From Propionibacterium freudenreichii subsp. freudenreichii (lineage in GTDB: Bacteria > Actinomycetota > Actinomycetes > Propionibacteriales > Propionibacteriaceae), in NCBI RefSeq assembly GCF_000940845.1, contig NZ_CP010341.1, forward strand, positions 150,001 through 182,000: DNA of 32,000 bases, in the 5' to 3' direction. The notes beneath the pieces are model-generated. The model was not told the origin of the DNA and did no database searches. It saw only the letters and a list, made by a program, of their open reading frames with translations. Shown one piece after another: positions 16,556 to 25,575 of the stretch (positions are counted from its first letter, which is position 1; the number at the start of each line of letters is the position of its first letter). Made by a program: the position numbers and the translations under genes.

Positions 16556-18120
16556 TGTGCGTCCTCCAGGTCGGCCACGATCGCATCGATCTGGGTGCGC
16601 AGCTCCAATTGCCGGGCCACGATCTTGGCGATGCGGGCGTTCAACTCGGTGATGTCGATCTTCTCCGTGGTGTCCTCGGGCTGCACATAGGACGACACCG
16701 ACAGGTTGTAGTCGTTGTCGGCGATCTCTGAGGCAGGAACCAGCTTGGCAAAATAGTCGGCATCTTCCCGTGCTGTGAAGACGTCGAGGATCTTCTGGCG
16801 GTTCGCGTCATCAAGCTTGTTCTTGTTGCCGGGGCGCACGAACTCGGCCGAGCCGTCAATGAACAGCACGGAGTTGTCACGCTTCGACTTCTTCAACACG
16901 ATGATGCAGGTGCCGATCGTGGTGCCGAAGAACAGATCCGGGGGCAGCTGGATCACCGTGTCGACGAAGTTGTTGTCGATCAGGTACTTGCGGATCTTGC
17001 GTTCAGCGCCACCGCGGTAGAGCACGCCGGGGAACTCGACGATCGCCGCCGTGCCGTTGACGGCCAGCCAACTGAGGATGTGCATCGTGAAGGCCAGGTC
17101 GGCCTTCGACTTGGGTGCCAGCACACCGGCCGGGGAAAACCGCGGATCATTGATGAGCGTCGGATTGTCGTTACCAGCCCAATGGATCGAATAGGGCGGA
17201 TTCGACACGATCGCCTCGAACGGCTCCTCGTCCCAGTGCTTCGGCTCGGTGAGCGTGTCACCCAGGGCGATGTCGAAGTCGGAGTAGTTGATGCCGTGCA
17301 GGAACATGTTGATGCGGCACAGGTTGTAGGTGGACAGGTTGATCTCCTGCCCGAAGTAGCCCTTGCGTACACCACCCTGCCCAAGCACCTGCCCGAACTT
17401 CAACAGCAGCGAGCCCGAACCGCACGCGGGGTCGTACACCTTGTTCACGTGGGTCTTGCCGACCACCGTGATGCGGGTGAGCAGCTCGGACACCTCCTGG
17501 GGTGTGTAGAACTCCCCGCCCGACTTGCCGGCGCTGGAGGCATACATCGTCATGAGGTATTCGTAGGCGTCGCCGAACAGGTCAATCGTGTGCTCGCCGA
17601 AGTTGCCCAGGGGTAGATCACCCACCGCGTCGAGCAGCTTCACCAGCTTCTCATTGCGCTGCATCACCGAGTTGCCGAGCCGGTTGCTGTTCACGTCGAG
17701 GTCATCGAACAAGCCCTTCAGATCGCCCTCCGACGACGTGTCGGCCGCCGAATTCTCGATATTGGCGAAGGCATTGGCGAGCGTCTCATTGAGGTTCGGG
17801 TTGTGCGGGGCGTCGCGGCGCACGTTCTCGAAAAGGTCGGAGGGCAGGATGAAGAAGCCCTTCTCATCCACCGTCTCCCGCAACGCCATCGCAGCATCGG
17901 AATCGGGGAGGTCGGCGTAGTTGAAATCGACGTCGCCCGCCGCATGCTCGCCCTTGTTGATATAGGCGGTCAGGTTCTCCGAGATGAACCGGTAGAACAG
18001 CATGCCCAGCACATAGCTCTTGAAGTCCCACCCATCGACGCTGCCGCGCAGGTCGTTCGCGATGCGCCAGATGGTCTTGTGCAGCTCTGCACGTTCGGAT
18101 TCCTTCGTCGACTCAGTCAC
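16552..18120 (-). CDS. hsdM: Type I restriction-modification N6-adenine DNA methyltransferase subunit
   Basis: The 522-aa protein has the HsdM N-terminal domain (LHKTIWRIANDLRGSVDGWDFKSYVLGMLFYRFISE). The AdoMet motif is VYDPACGSGSLLL and the catalytic motif is IVSNPPYS. The gene starts at the GTG at 18120. Confidence 0.93.
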   Translation of the reverse strand: MTESTKESERAELHKTIWRIANDLRGSVDGWDFKSYVLGMLFYRFISENLTAYINKGEHAAGDVDFNYADLPDSDAAMALRETVDEKGFFILPSDLFENVRRDAPHNPNLNETLANAFANIENSAADTSSEGDLKGLFDDLDVNSNRLGNSVMQRNEKLVKLLDAVGDLPLGNFGEHTIDLFGDAYEYLMTMYASSAGKSGGEFYTPQEVSELLTRITVVGKTHVNKVYDPACGSGSLLLKFGQVLGQGGVRKGYFGQEINLSTYNLCRINMFLHGINYSDFDIALGDTLTEPKHWDEEPFEAIVSNPPYSIHWAGNDNPTLINDPRFSPAGVLAPKSKADLAFTMHILSWLAVNGTAAIVEFPGVLYRGGAERKIRKYLIDNNFVDTVIQLPPDLFFGTTIGTCIIVLKKSKRDNSVLFIDGSAEFVRPGNKNKLDDANRQKILDVFTAREDADYFAKLVPASEIADNDYNLSVSSYVQPEDTTEKIDITELNARIAKIVARQLELRTQIDAIVADLEDAQ

Positions 18121-18126
18121 GGGTGA

Positions 18127-18132
18127 AGTATC
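18127..18132 (-). promoter_or_regulatory. Possible -10 element (GATACT) 6 nt upstream of the hsdM GTG; would imply a leaderless hsdM mRNA
   Basis: The minus strand reads GATACT-TCACCC-GTG and no Shine-Dalgarno sequence precedes the GTG. Only 54 nt separate hsdM from the upstream ABC ATPase stop, so read-through transcription is the alternative. Confidence 0.2.
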
Positions 18133-18174
18133 CCAGCTGGATCGGACAATTTCCGGGGCAGCACGCTCAGCCCC

Positions 18175-19992
18175 TCACTTGCCGCCCGCGTCCCCACCCC
18201 GCTCGGCAAGCATCATCGTCTCCTCCAGCGTGGACGCCGCCTCGGCGATCGAGTAGCCGCCAGCCAACCCATCGAGCACGCGCGCGATCTCGTCGCGGGA
18301 CGCCCCGGGCACCCGCAGCATGCGTCGGTCAAGCGCCACCGGCAGGTCCGCGTCGCGCAGCAGGGCGAACGCGCGCTGCCACTGCGGCGCGTGCACCACG
18401 AGCGACCGGCGTCCGGCGGTGATGTCGGCCACCGAACCCGACGCGCTCACGTGTCCGGCGGTCAACATCTCCAGGCGGTCACACTGCGCGGCCTCGGCCA
18501 TGTAATGCGTGCTCACCAGGATGCCCACCCCACGGTCGGCGACCTCGCGCAGCTCGCGCCACAGCCGCGCACGCGACAGCGGGTCCATGCCCGACGTCGG
18601 CTCGTCAAGGATCAACAGCTCGGGGTCATGCTCGATCGCACACAGATAGGCCAACATGCGACGCGCCCCCAGCGGCAACGCGCCCACCGGGCCGCGTCCC
18701 AGGTCATGCGCATAGGCAAGGGCCCGCTCACCGAGCCGGACACCGTCCCGCGCCCCGCGCGCCGCACTGAACTCCCGACCACCGCTGCGCGCACCGAACA
18801 CCCGCGCCGTGAAGCGCAGGTTCTCGGTGGCACTCAACGTCGGATACAGGCCCAGCCCCTGCGCCACATAACCCAGCCGTCGACGCACCGCGATGGACGG
18901 CACCTGCCCGAACAACAACACCCGGCCCGACGCCACCTGCTCCAGGCCCAGCACGCACCGCATGAGCGTGGTCTTGCCGGCCCCGTTGCCGCCCAACAGC
19001 CCGACGATCTCGCCGGGATGCACCGCCAGCGACACATCGTGCAGCGCCGTGAAGTCGCCGAAGGTCTTCGTCACGCGCGACGCCAACACCACCGGCGCAT
19101 CCGAGGCTCGTGGATGGCCCGGCGCCGTGGCGGCATCGTCGAGGCTGTCGGCACCCAGCGTCGCCCCGCCGGCCAGCAGCAGCGCAATCGACGTGTTCTC
19201 CAGGTCGGGCACCGACGCGGCGAACCCGGCCGGTGCCTCCCGGCCCGACGGAGTCCAGGCGAACAGCTGGTCGCCGCGACGCCAACTCGTGGCCCGGGGG
19301 ACATCGTCGGCCGCGCCGGTCGCACTGGCAGGCGCCTGCCACACCGTGCCGGGGCAGGACGCGATCACCTCGTCGGGGGTGCCCGACGTCACCAGACGTC
19401 CCTGATCGAGCAGGAACAACTGGTCGCAGCGTTCGGCCTCGTCCAGGTAGGTGGTGGCGAACACCACCGTCGCCCCCTCGGCGGCCGCCCCCGCGATGAG
19501 TGACCAGATCTCGCCGCGGCTCACCGGGTCGACGCCGGTGGTCGGCTCGTCGAGCAACACCACCGACGGCGAGTGGAGCGTCGCCAACACGAAGCCCAGC
19601 TTCTGACGCATCCCGCCCGACAGCTTGCCGGCTTCCCGATCACCCACCTGCGCCAATCCGGCGCGGGCCAACAGCAGCTGCGAGCGCTGGCTCGTCTGCT
19701 CGGGCGACATGGCGAAGACCCTCGCCACGAAGGCGATGTTCTGCGCCACCGACAGGTTGTTCCACACCCCGGCGTCGGCGGGCATATAGCCCAGTTGGGT
19801 GCGTGGCGTCACCGCTCCCGATTGCGCCGGCGTCGCCGCCACCCGGCCGGTCAGCACCCGCAGCAGGGTGGACTTGCCGGCCCCATCACCGCCGACAAGG
19901 GCCGTTACCTGCCCCGGCGCGAACGAGCCGGAGAAATCGTCCAGCGCCGCCCGTGCGCCGAAATGCACCGACGCGCCACGAAGGGTGATCAT
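18175..19992 (-). CDS. ABC transporter ATP-binding protein with two fused ATPase domains (YbhF-like)
   Basis: There are two Walker A sites (GGDGAGKST and GGNGAGKTT), two signature motifs (LSGGMRQK and LPLGARRM, the second degenerate) and two Walker B sites (VVLLDEP and LLILDEP). The ATG at 19992 (MITLRG) overlaps the permease stop (ATGA). The listed ORF extension to 20598 is a shadow of the permease gene. Confidence 0.88.
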   Translation of the reverse strand: MITLRGASVHFGARAALDDFSGSFAPGQVTALVGGDGAGKSTLLRVLTGRVAATPAQSGAVTPRTQLGYMPADAGVWNNLSVAQNIAFVARVFAMSPEQTSQRSQLLLARAGLAQVGDREAGKLSGGMRQKLGFVLATLHSPSVVLLDEPTTGVDPVSRGEIWSLIAGAAAEGATVVFATTYLDEAERCDQLFLLDQGRLVTSGTPDEVIASCPGTVWQAPASATGAADDVPRATSWRRGDQLFAWTPSGREAPAGFAASVPDLENTSIALLLAGGATLGADSLDDAATAPGHPRASDAPVVLASRVTKTFGDFTALHDVSLAVHPGEIVGLLGGNGAGKTTLMRCVLGLEQVASGRVLLFGQVPSIAVRRRLGYVAQGLGLYPTLSATENLRFTARVFGARSGGREFSAARGARDGVRLGERALAYAHDLGRGPVGALPLGARRMLAYLCAIEHDPELLILDEPTSGMDPLSRARLWRELREVADRGVGILVSTHYMAEAAQCDRLEMLTAGHVSASGSVADITAGRRSLVVHAPQWQRAFALLRDADLPVALDRRMLRVPGASRDEIARVLDGLAGGYSIAEAASTLEETMMLAERGGDAGGK

Positions 19993-21176
19993 GCCCGCGC
20001 GCCCCCGTGCGTCAGCGAGAAGCGCATCTGCAACGTCGCGATGCCGAAGAACACCACGGCCATCGCCGCCAGGATCACGAAGGGCCACAGCAGGGAGCCG
20101 GCCGGGGCGTCGCGCAGCATGATGCCCTGCGCAATCTGGTTGAACCAGGTGAGCGGCAGGCAGTAGCCGATCCACCGCACCCCGGCTGCCATCGAGTCGA
20201 GCGGGAAGATCAGGCCCGACAGGAGCACCTGCGGCAGCACGGTCATGATCGCGAGCTGGATTGCCTGTCCGGTGGTCTGCGAGGCGGTGGAGATCAACAC
20301 TCCGAAGCCCAGCACCACGAACAGGAAGATCACCGCCGCCGCGGCGAACAACAACAAGCTGCCGCGGAACGGCACCCCGAACAGCCACACGCCCACCGCG
20401 GTGATGAGCACCATGTCGAACAGCGCCAGCAGGAAATAGGGGATGATCTTGCCCAGGATGATCGAGCTCGACCGCAGCGGCACCACCGCCAGCTGCTCCA
20501 GGGTGCCGGTCTCGCGCTCGCGCACCAGGCCGATCGAGGTGATCACGGTGCCGATAAACGTGAGGATCAACCCGATCAGGCCGGGCACCATCACCCACGA
20601 GGTCTTCAGGTCAGGGTTGAACAGCACAGTCACCACGCTGCCCGGATTGGACGCGGCCTGTGCGGCGCTTCCCACCGCGGCACTGCCCTGCGCCGAACTG
20701 CCGGCGGGGGCACCGGCTGCCGCCGCGGCCTGGATCTGGGCCAGGTGCTGCTGGGTGTCCTGGGCAACCAGCGTGGTGAACGCCCGCTGCGCCGCCTGGG
20801 CGGCGAACAGGCGCGAGCCGTCGGCATAGACGTGCATGCGCTCGCTGATCGGTGCGCTGGAGGGTGTCGCGGAGGTCGACTCCTCGACGGCCTGCACCAC
20901 CACGTCGGCGCGGCGTTCACGCAGCAGCTGCTCGGGGTCAGTGGCGCCCGCGGCGGTGCTGATGTCCAGGTTCTGACCGGCCACCGGATAGCGGGACAGA
21001 TCGTCGGCCAGGGTGGGGGCGTCGCGGCCGATCACCGTCACCGACACCTTGCTCACCGAAAAGTTGGCCGCGTAGCCGAAGATCACGAGCAGCAACAACG
21101 GCAACAGCAACAACATGGCCAGCGTGCGCCGGTCACGGACGAGCTCCTGGAACTCCTTGACAACCAGTGCGCGCAT
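19989..21176 (-). CDS. ABC-2 type transporter permease
   Basis: The 395-aa protein has an N-terminal TM helix, a large extracytoplasmic loop and a C-terminal bundle of about 5 TM helices. This is the typical ABC-2 (YbhR/YbhS-like) layout. AAGGAG lies upstream of the ATG at 21176. Confidence 0.8.
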   Translation of the reverse strand: MRALVVKEFQELVRDRRTLAMLLLLPLLLLVIFGYAANFSVSKVSVTVIGRDAPTLADDLSRYPVAGQNLDISTAAGATDPEQLLRERRADVVVQAVEESTSATPSSAPISERMHVYADGSRLFAAQAAQRAFTTLVAQDTQQHLAQIQAAAAAGAPAGSSAQGSAAVGSAAQAASNPGSVVTVLFNPDLKTSWVMVPGLIGLILTFIGTVITSIGLVRERETGTLEQLAVVPLRSSSIILGKIIPYFLLALFDMVLITAVGVWLFGVPFRGSLLLFAAAAVIFLFVVLGFGVLISTASQTTGQAIQLAIMTVLPQVLLSGLIFPLDSMAAGVRWIGYCLPLTWFNQIAQGIMLRDAPAGSLLWPFVILAAMAVVFFGIATLQMRFSLTHGGARA

Positions 21177-21376
21177 GCGTCAACTCCTTGCTGCGATGTG
21201 GTGGGGGCCACTACTGGAATGATCCCGCATATGTGCTTGACGCATGCGCAGGAGGGCCCGGACGTGAAGGAGCCGGGAGCGTTGCGCTCCCGACTCCCTT
21301 GGTTGTGTCCGGGCCCACTGCAGCCGCGCGAGGTGTTCCGGTTGCAGTTGACCGGCGGACGGTCCGGCCTGATCGC

Positions 21377-22366
21377 TCAGGCGGCCTGCTCCGCCTCGAC
21401 CTTCTCGGCCTCTTCCTTGTGGATGTGCCAGGCCAGCTCGGCCAGGTGCACGCCGCGGGTCAGGAATTCGTGGGTCTGTGCCGGGTAGTCATTCTCGCGA
21501 CCGAGCTTGGCGATATACCCATTGATGTAGTCGACCTCGGTGGGGCGTCCCTTCGACATGTCCTGATACATCGACGGGTAATGCAGCGGGTTACCGACGC
21601 GGCTCACATAGTCAATTGACTTCAGCTCGTCCTGTCGACTTTCGATCAGGCGAATTCCGGCGCGATCGCACACGTCATAGGCCTCGTCGATCAGCTGCTT
21701 GGCCATTGCCATGGCGCCGTCGAATTCGATGAACTGGCCCATCGTGATCTCATACATGGTGCACAGCGTGTTGACCACGGAATTGAAGATCACCTTGGCC
21801 ATGCAGGTGCCCATGAAGTTCTCGGTGATGATCGGGTTCAGGTTGGCGGCCTTGAAATCCTCGGCGATCTTCTTCTCGATGTCGGTGACCTTCTCGGTGT
21901 ACGCACACATGTGCATCTCGCCGGCGCCAGACTTGCCGATGAAGTCCACGTCGCCGGGGCCGTTGAGCACGGTGGCGATCATCGCCGTGCCACCGTAGAT
22001 GCGGTCGTCGCTGAAGTATTTCTGGATCTTCTCGAAGTGCCCATATCCATTCATGGCAGAGAAGACAACCTGCTTGTCATTGAACAGGTGTGCGCACCGC
22101 TCGAGCACCCCTTCGAGCTGCATCTGCTTCACGAAGATGATCCAGACATCAGGATTGCCCTTGTAATCCTCGGGGCTATAAAGGTTGATCGGCACGAGGT
22201 GGCGTCCCTCATGGTCGCGCGAGACATAAACCCCGCCCTGTTCGGCAACCTTCGCAAGGTTCGGCTCCCAGGTATCGACGAAGTCGACATCCACGCCAGC
22301 ATTTTCCTGGAGCAGGACGCCATACCGGTATCCCATTGCGCCGGCGCCGATCACTGCATACTTCAT
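21377..22366 (-). CDS. 2-dehydropantoate 2-reductase (ketopantoate reductase / ApbA-PanE family)
   Basis: The N-terminal Rossmann motif is MKYAVIGAGAMGYRYG and the family signature is PSMYQDMSKGRPTEVDYINGYI. GGGGAG lies upstream of the ATG at 22366. G+C is markedly lower than in the neighbours: hand counts give 32/60 at 21721-21780 and 28/60 at 22021-22080. Confidence 0.85.
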   Translation of the reverse strand: MKYAVIGAGAMGYRYGVLLQENAGVDVDFVDTWEPNLAKVAEQGGVYVSRDHEGRHLVPINLYSPEDYKGNPDVWIIFVKQMQLEGVLERCAHLFNDKQVVFSAMNGYGHFEKIQKYFSDDRIYGGTAMIATVLNGPGDVDFIGKSGAGEMHMCAYTEKVTDIEKKIAEDFKAANLNPIITENFMGTCMAKVIFNSVVNTLCTMYEITMGQFIEFDGAMAMAKQLIDEAYDVCDRAGIRLIESRQDELKSIDYVSRVGNPLHYPSMYQDMSKGRPTEVDYINGYIAKLGRENDYPAQTHEFLTRGVHLAELAWHIHKEEAEKVEAEQAA

Positions 22367-22602
22367 AATCTCCCCTTGACTGAACCTCTGGGACTTGTAA
22401 CCCGTCCGTTATGCACCGATGGTAGGCGTGCCTCGTGGTGCCGGGGCTTGCGTCTCAGATGCTCAAGGGGCCAAGAATTGCCGGCGGATCGGCCCTCAGA
22501 TCGGGCCGCCGGGGCCACCGTGGCGCACCGTGGCATGATGTGCCCGGATTCGTGCGCGGCTCCGGCGGCCGTATCCACGACCAGAGGTGGACGACCTTGA
22601 CC

Positions 22603-24336
22603 ATGGTGCACAGCAAGCACGGCCCCCGGCTGCAACTGCATGTCCGCTCAGTGCGCCCGGCTCCTGGGACATCACCGTGGGACGTCGAGGCGCTCTTCCG
22701 GCGGCTGTCGGACGGTGCGAACGCCGCGTTCTGGCTCGACAGTGCACAGTCGGTGGGCGCGCAGTCCGCGGTTGCGCAGTCCGCGGTTGCGCAGCATGTC
22801 GGACCCCGACCGGCTGGCACGACGTCCGAGCGGGGACGCTTCTCCCTGCTCGGCACCGACGCCGGTGACTTGTCGGAGGTGCTGCGCTACTGCCGTCACG
22901 ACGACGCCGGCCACACCCGCCTGCAACGCGGCCACGGTGCCGGACGGGTCAGCCAGACGCTCGACGGGGACATCCTCGACGTGTTGGCCGAACGGCTTGC
23001 GGCGCGGCCCATCGGTGAGGTCCCCGAGGGCATCCCCTTCGCCGGCGGCTACATCGGATACCTCGGCTATGAGGCCAAGGCGCTGGTGTTCCCCGACGAT
23101 CCCACCCGCCATTCCCCGACCCCCGAGGGCTATTGGCTGCGTCCCCAGGCGTCCATCGTGATCGATCACGCCATCAACGTGGCACACCTGCTCGTGCTCA
23201 CCGCCGAGGGCGACGACGACGCGGCAGCGCGCTGGTTCGGGCGTCTGGAGGACGTCCTCAGCCGTGCCGGGACGACGCCATCGAGCCCCGTGCCATCACG
23301 CGCTGCGCCGACCCCCACCGCGCCCACCGCCACGCCTCCCCGCGTGGCCGGATCATGGCGCCTTACCCGCGCTGACTACGAGGAACACGTGCGCCGCGCC
23401 CAGGACTTCTTGCGCGCGGGCGACTCCTACGAGGTCTGCCTCACCGACACCTTCGAGGGGCCCTATCCGGCCGGCATCGATGCCCTGGACCTCTACGGCG
23501 TCCTGCGCCGCATCAACCCGGCGCCCTACGCCGCCTACCTGCGCTTCGACACCTTCGGCGACCACCTCGAGGTGTTGTCCGCCTCACCCGAACAGTTCCT
23601 CAAGGTGCGCGACGACGGCCTGGTGTCGTCCAAGCCCATCAAGGGCACCGCCCCCAGGTCAGCCGACCCGGCCGAGGATCAGCGCCTCGCCGCCGAATTG
23701 GCCACCGACCCGAAGTCGCGGGCCGAGAACCTCATGATCGCCGACCTGCTGCGCAACGACCTGGGGCGGGTGTGCGTCACCGGCTCGATCCGCGTGCCGG
23801 CCCTCATGCAGGTGGAGAGCTACGCCACCGTGCACCAGCTCGTCACCACCGTGCAGGGCATGCTGCGCGACGACGTCGACCTGGTGGGGCTGCTGCGCGC
23901 CACCTTCCCCGGCGGCTCGATGACCGGCGCCCCCAAGCAACGCACCCTGCAGATCATCGACGCGCTCGAACCCGGCCCCCGCGGCATCTACTCCGGCGCG
24001 CTCGGCTACCTGGGTTACGGACGCCGCGCCGAGCTGTCGATCGTGATCCGCACCATCGTGCGCAACCATGACCGTCTGAGCATTGGTGCCGGCGGGGCGA
24101 TCGTGTTGGACTCGCAGGCACCTGCCGAGTTCGACGAGAAGGAGCTCAAGGCCGCCGCCCTGCTGAGCGCCCTGCGCCGTGCGGGCACCCCGGCCGGACG
24201 CCCAGCGCCGTACGGTGGATCCAGCACCCACGACGCGAACAGTGCGCCGGGCGCGGGGCATGATGACACCGGCGTCCACCGCGCGGCACGCGACGCCCAT
24301 GCCGCAGACCATCAAGGAGGCGAGCCCGATGACTGA
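22603..24336 (+). CDS. pabB: Aminodeoxychorismate synthase component I (chorismate-binding enzyme, PabB-like)
   Basis: The chorismate-binding domain is present: GDSYEVCLT, NPAPYAAYLRF, SASPEQFLKV, IKGTAPR, ENLMIADLLRNDLGRV and TFPGGSMTGAPKQRTLQIID. It is coupled to a class IV aminotransferase gene. The start is uncertain: the ATG at 22603 was chosen, and the listed ORF start at 22435 encodes R/G-rich sequence. Confidence 0.8.
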   Translation: MVHSKHGPRLQLHVRSVRPAPGTSPWDVEALFRRLSDGANAAFWLDSAQSVGAQSAVAQSAVAQHVGPRPAGTTSERGRFSLLGTDAGDLSEVLRYCRHDDAGHTRLQRGHGAGRVSQTLDGDILDVLAERLAARPIGEVPEGIPFAGGYIGYLGYEAKALVFPDDPTRHSPTPEGYWLRPQASIVIDHAINVAHLLVLTAEGDDDAAARWFGRLEDVLSRAGTTPSSPVPSRAAPTPTAPTATPPRVAGSWRLTRADYEEHVRRAQDFLRAGDSYEVCLTDTFEGPYPAGIDALDLYGVLRRINPAPYAAYLRFDTFGDHLEVLSASPEQFLKVRDDGLVSSKPIKGTAPRSADPAEDQRLAAELATDPKSRAENLMIADLLRNDLGRVCVTGSIRVPALMQVESYATVHQLVTTVQGMLRDDVDLVGLLRATFPGGSMTGAPKQRTLQIIDALEPGPRGIYSGALGYLGYGRRAELSIVIRTIVRNHDRLSIGAGGAIVLDSQAPAEFDEKELKAAALLSALRRAGTPAGRPAPYGGSSTHDANSAPGAGHDDTGVHRAARDAHAADHQGGEPDD

Positions 24337-25282
24337 GTCCCAGCCCGCCGATGACGCGTCCGACGGCCCCCTGACGCCGGGTGGAGCGGAACTATCGGGC
24401 GTAGTCAGGCGGCCTTTCACCCCGCGAGCGCTGGTGTGGAACGGCGAGGCCTTCGTCGACGACGTGCGCGCCATCGAGCCGGCCCTCGACATCCTGGCAG
24501 CCGATTCCTGGCGCAGCAGCCACGGCGCCGCCGCCCATTTCGACCTGCACTGCCTGCGCTTCGAGGCGGGCGTGGCGCGCTGGGCGCTCGACGCCGGGTT
24601 GCCCATCCCCAGCGCCCGCGAATGGGCGTCGATGCGGCGCGCCATGATCGCCGCAATCCTGACGGCCCACCATGACACCCACCGCGACGCCGGCCTCGAA
24701 ACGGGACAGGACCTGTTCCCGCGCATCGGCTGGGAGATGATCGGCGGCCACGCCGGGCCCGTCTTCGTGCTGCGCATCCGCGCCTGCCCGCCGATGCGCG
24801 ACGACACCACCCTGCTGTGGACCGGCCTGACCGACCCGCGCCTGCACCCCACCGTCAAGGGCCCCGACATCGAGCGCCTCGGCAAGCTGCGGGGCGTCGC
24901 GGCCTCACGCGGCTGCGACGACGCGATCCTGGCCGACCCGAACCGCACCGTGCTGGAGGCGTCCACCGGCTCGCTCGTGTGGTGGTACGAGGGCAAGATC
25001 GTGCTCCCGGCCCACCGTGAACGCGTGCTACCGGGGGTTACCGAGACGATGGTGGCGCGTCGGGCCGCGTCGCTGGGCATGCAGGTGGTGCGCGCCAACG
25101 CCCGCACCGACGACTGGGGCTCGGGGCAGGGCGTGTGGTTCCTCAATTCGGTGCAGGGCATCTCGCCGGTCACCCGCGTGGTGATCGGCAGCCGCGCGAT
25201 GCACCTGGCCCCGTTCGTGGCGACCGCCGAATGGCGTCATTGGTGGGGTAGCCAGTTCCGGCCCTATTCCCCGTCGCTGTAG
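24329..25282 (+). CDS. Class IV aminotransferase family protein (aminodeoxychorismate lyase-like)
   Basis: The C-terminal half matches the class IV fold pattern: HPTVKGPD, AILADPNRTVLEASTGSLVWW, VLPGVTETMV and FLNSVQGISPV. GGAGG lies upstream of the ATG at 24329, which overlaps the pabB stop (ATGACTGA). Confidence 0.7.
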   Translation: MTESQPADDASDGPLTPGGAELSGVVRRPFTPRALVWNGEAFVDDVRAIEPALDILAADSWRSSHGAAAHFDLHCLRFEAGVARWALDAGLPIPSAREWASMRRAMIAAILTAHHDTHRDAGLETGQDLFPRIGWEMIGGHAGPVFVLRIRACPPMRDDTTLLWTGLTDPRLHPTVKGPDIERLGKLRGVAASRGCDDAILADPNRTVLEASTGSLVWWYEGKIVLPAHRERVLPGVTETMVARRAASLGMQVVRANARTDDWGSGQGVWFLNSVQGISPVTRVVIGSRAMHLAPFVATAEWRHWWGSQFRPYSPSL

Positions 25283-25304
25283 GTGGCCGACGCGGGGCAT
25301 CCCG

Positions 25305-25356
25305 CATAAGGGGTCGACAAATGCACCGTCCATGGTGCTTTTCCCGACCCCTTATG
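25305..25356. terminator. Nested hairpin between convergent genes; candidate terminator
   Basis: CATAAGGGGTCG (25305-25316) and CGACCCCTTATG (25345-25356) are exact reverse complements. The inner hairpin is GCACC(25323-25327)/GGTGC(25334-25338). The structure begins 23 nt after the stop at 25282. Confidence 0.45.
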
Positions 25357-25575
25357 TGTTGCTGGGTGTGTTGCTGGTGGGGGTTCCGTGTGGACACCCG
25401 TCGGTGCCGGCTTCGCCTGGGTGGTGACCGGCTTTTCCCCCTAGGTGGGCAGTTGTGCGGGAATGACGCCGCACAGGTGTCCACTTAGTGGAGCTTGCGC
25501 GGGTTGCGGGGGCACACAACCGGAAATCGACACGGCGCGTCGACCCGATGACGGATCGCCGGTCGACCGACGGAA

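Larger units (their letters stand above)
11540..18174. other. Lower-GC genomic island (type I R-M operon plus orphan gene) inserted between the FGGY kinase and the ABC exporter
   Basis: I hand-counted G+C on sample 60-nt lines. Line 15661-15720 gives 29/60, against 40/60 for line 19021-19080 in the flanking ABC gene. All four island genes are on the minus strand. The gaps to the flanking core genes are only 30 nt and 54 nt. Confidence 0.6.

Noticed and set aside
11545-18150. Possible flanking direct repeats of the R-M island: GATTCGGAC near 11553 and GATCGGAC near 18141.
   Set aside because: The match is only 8-9 nt and imperfect, which is expected by chance. With no integrase or att-like context it cannot be called an insertion scar.
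22759-22794. A 15-bp tandem duplication (GCGCAGTCCGCGGTT x2.4) inside pabB, encoding AQSAV-AQSAV-AQ.
   Set aside because: It is in frame and lies in the poorly conserved N-terminal region. It is most simply a small slippage duplication with no evident function, so it is noted but not treated as a feature of interest.
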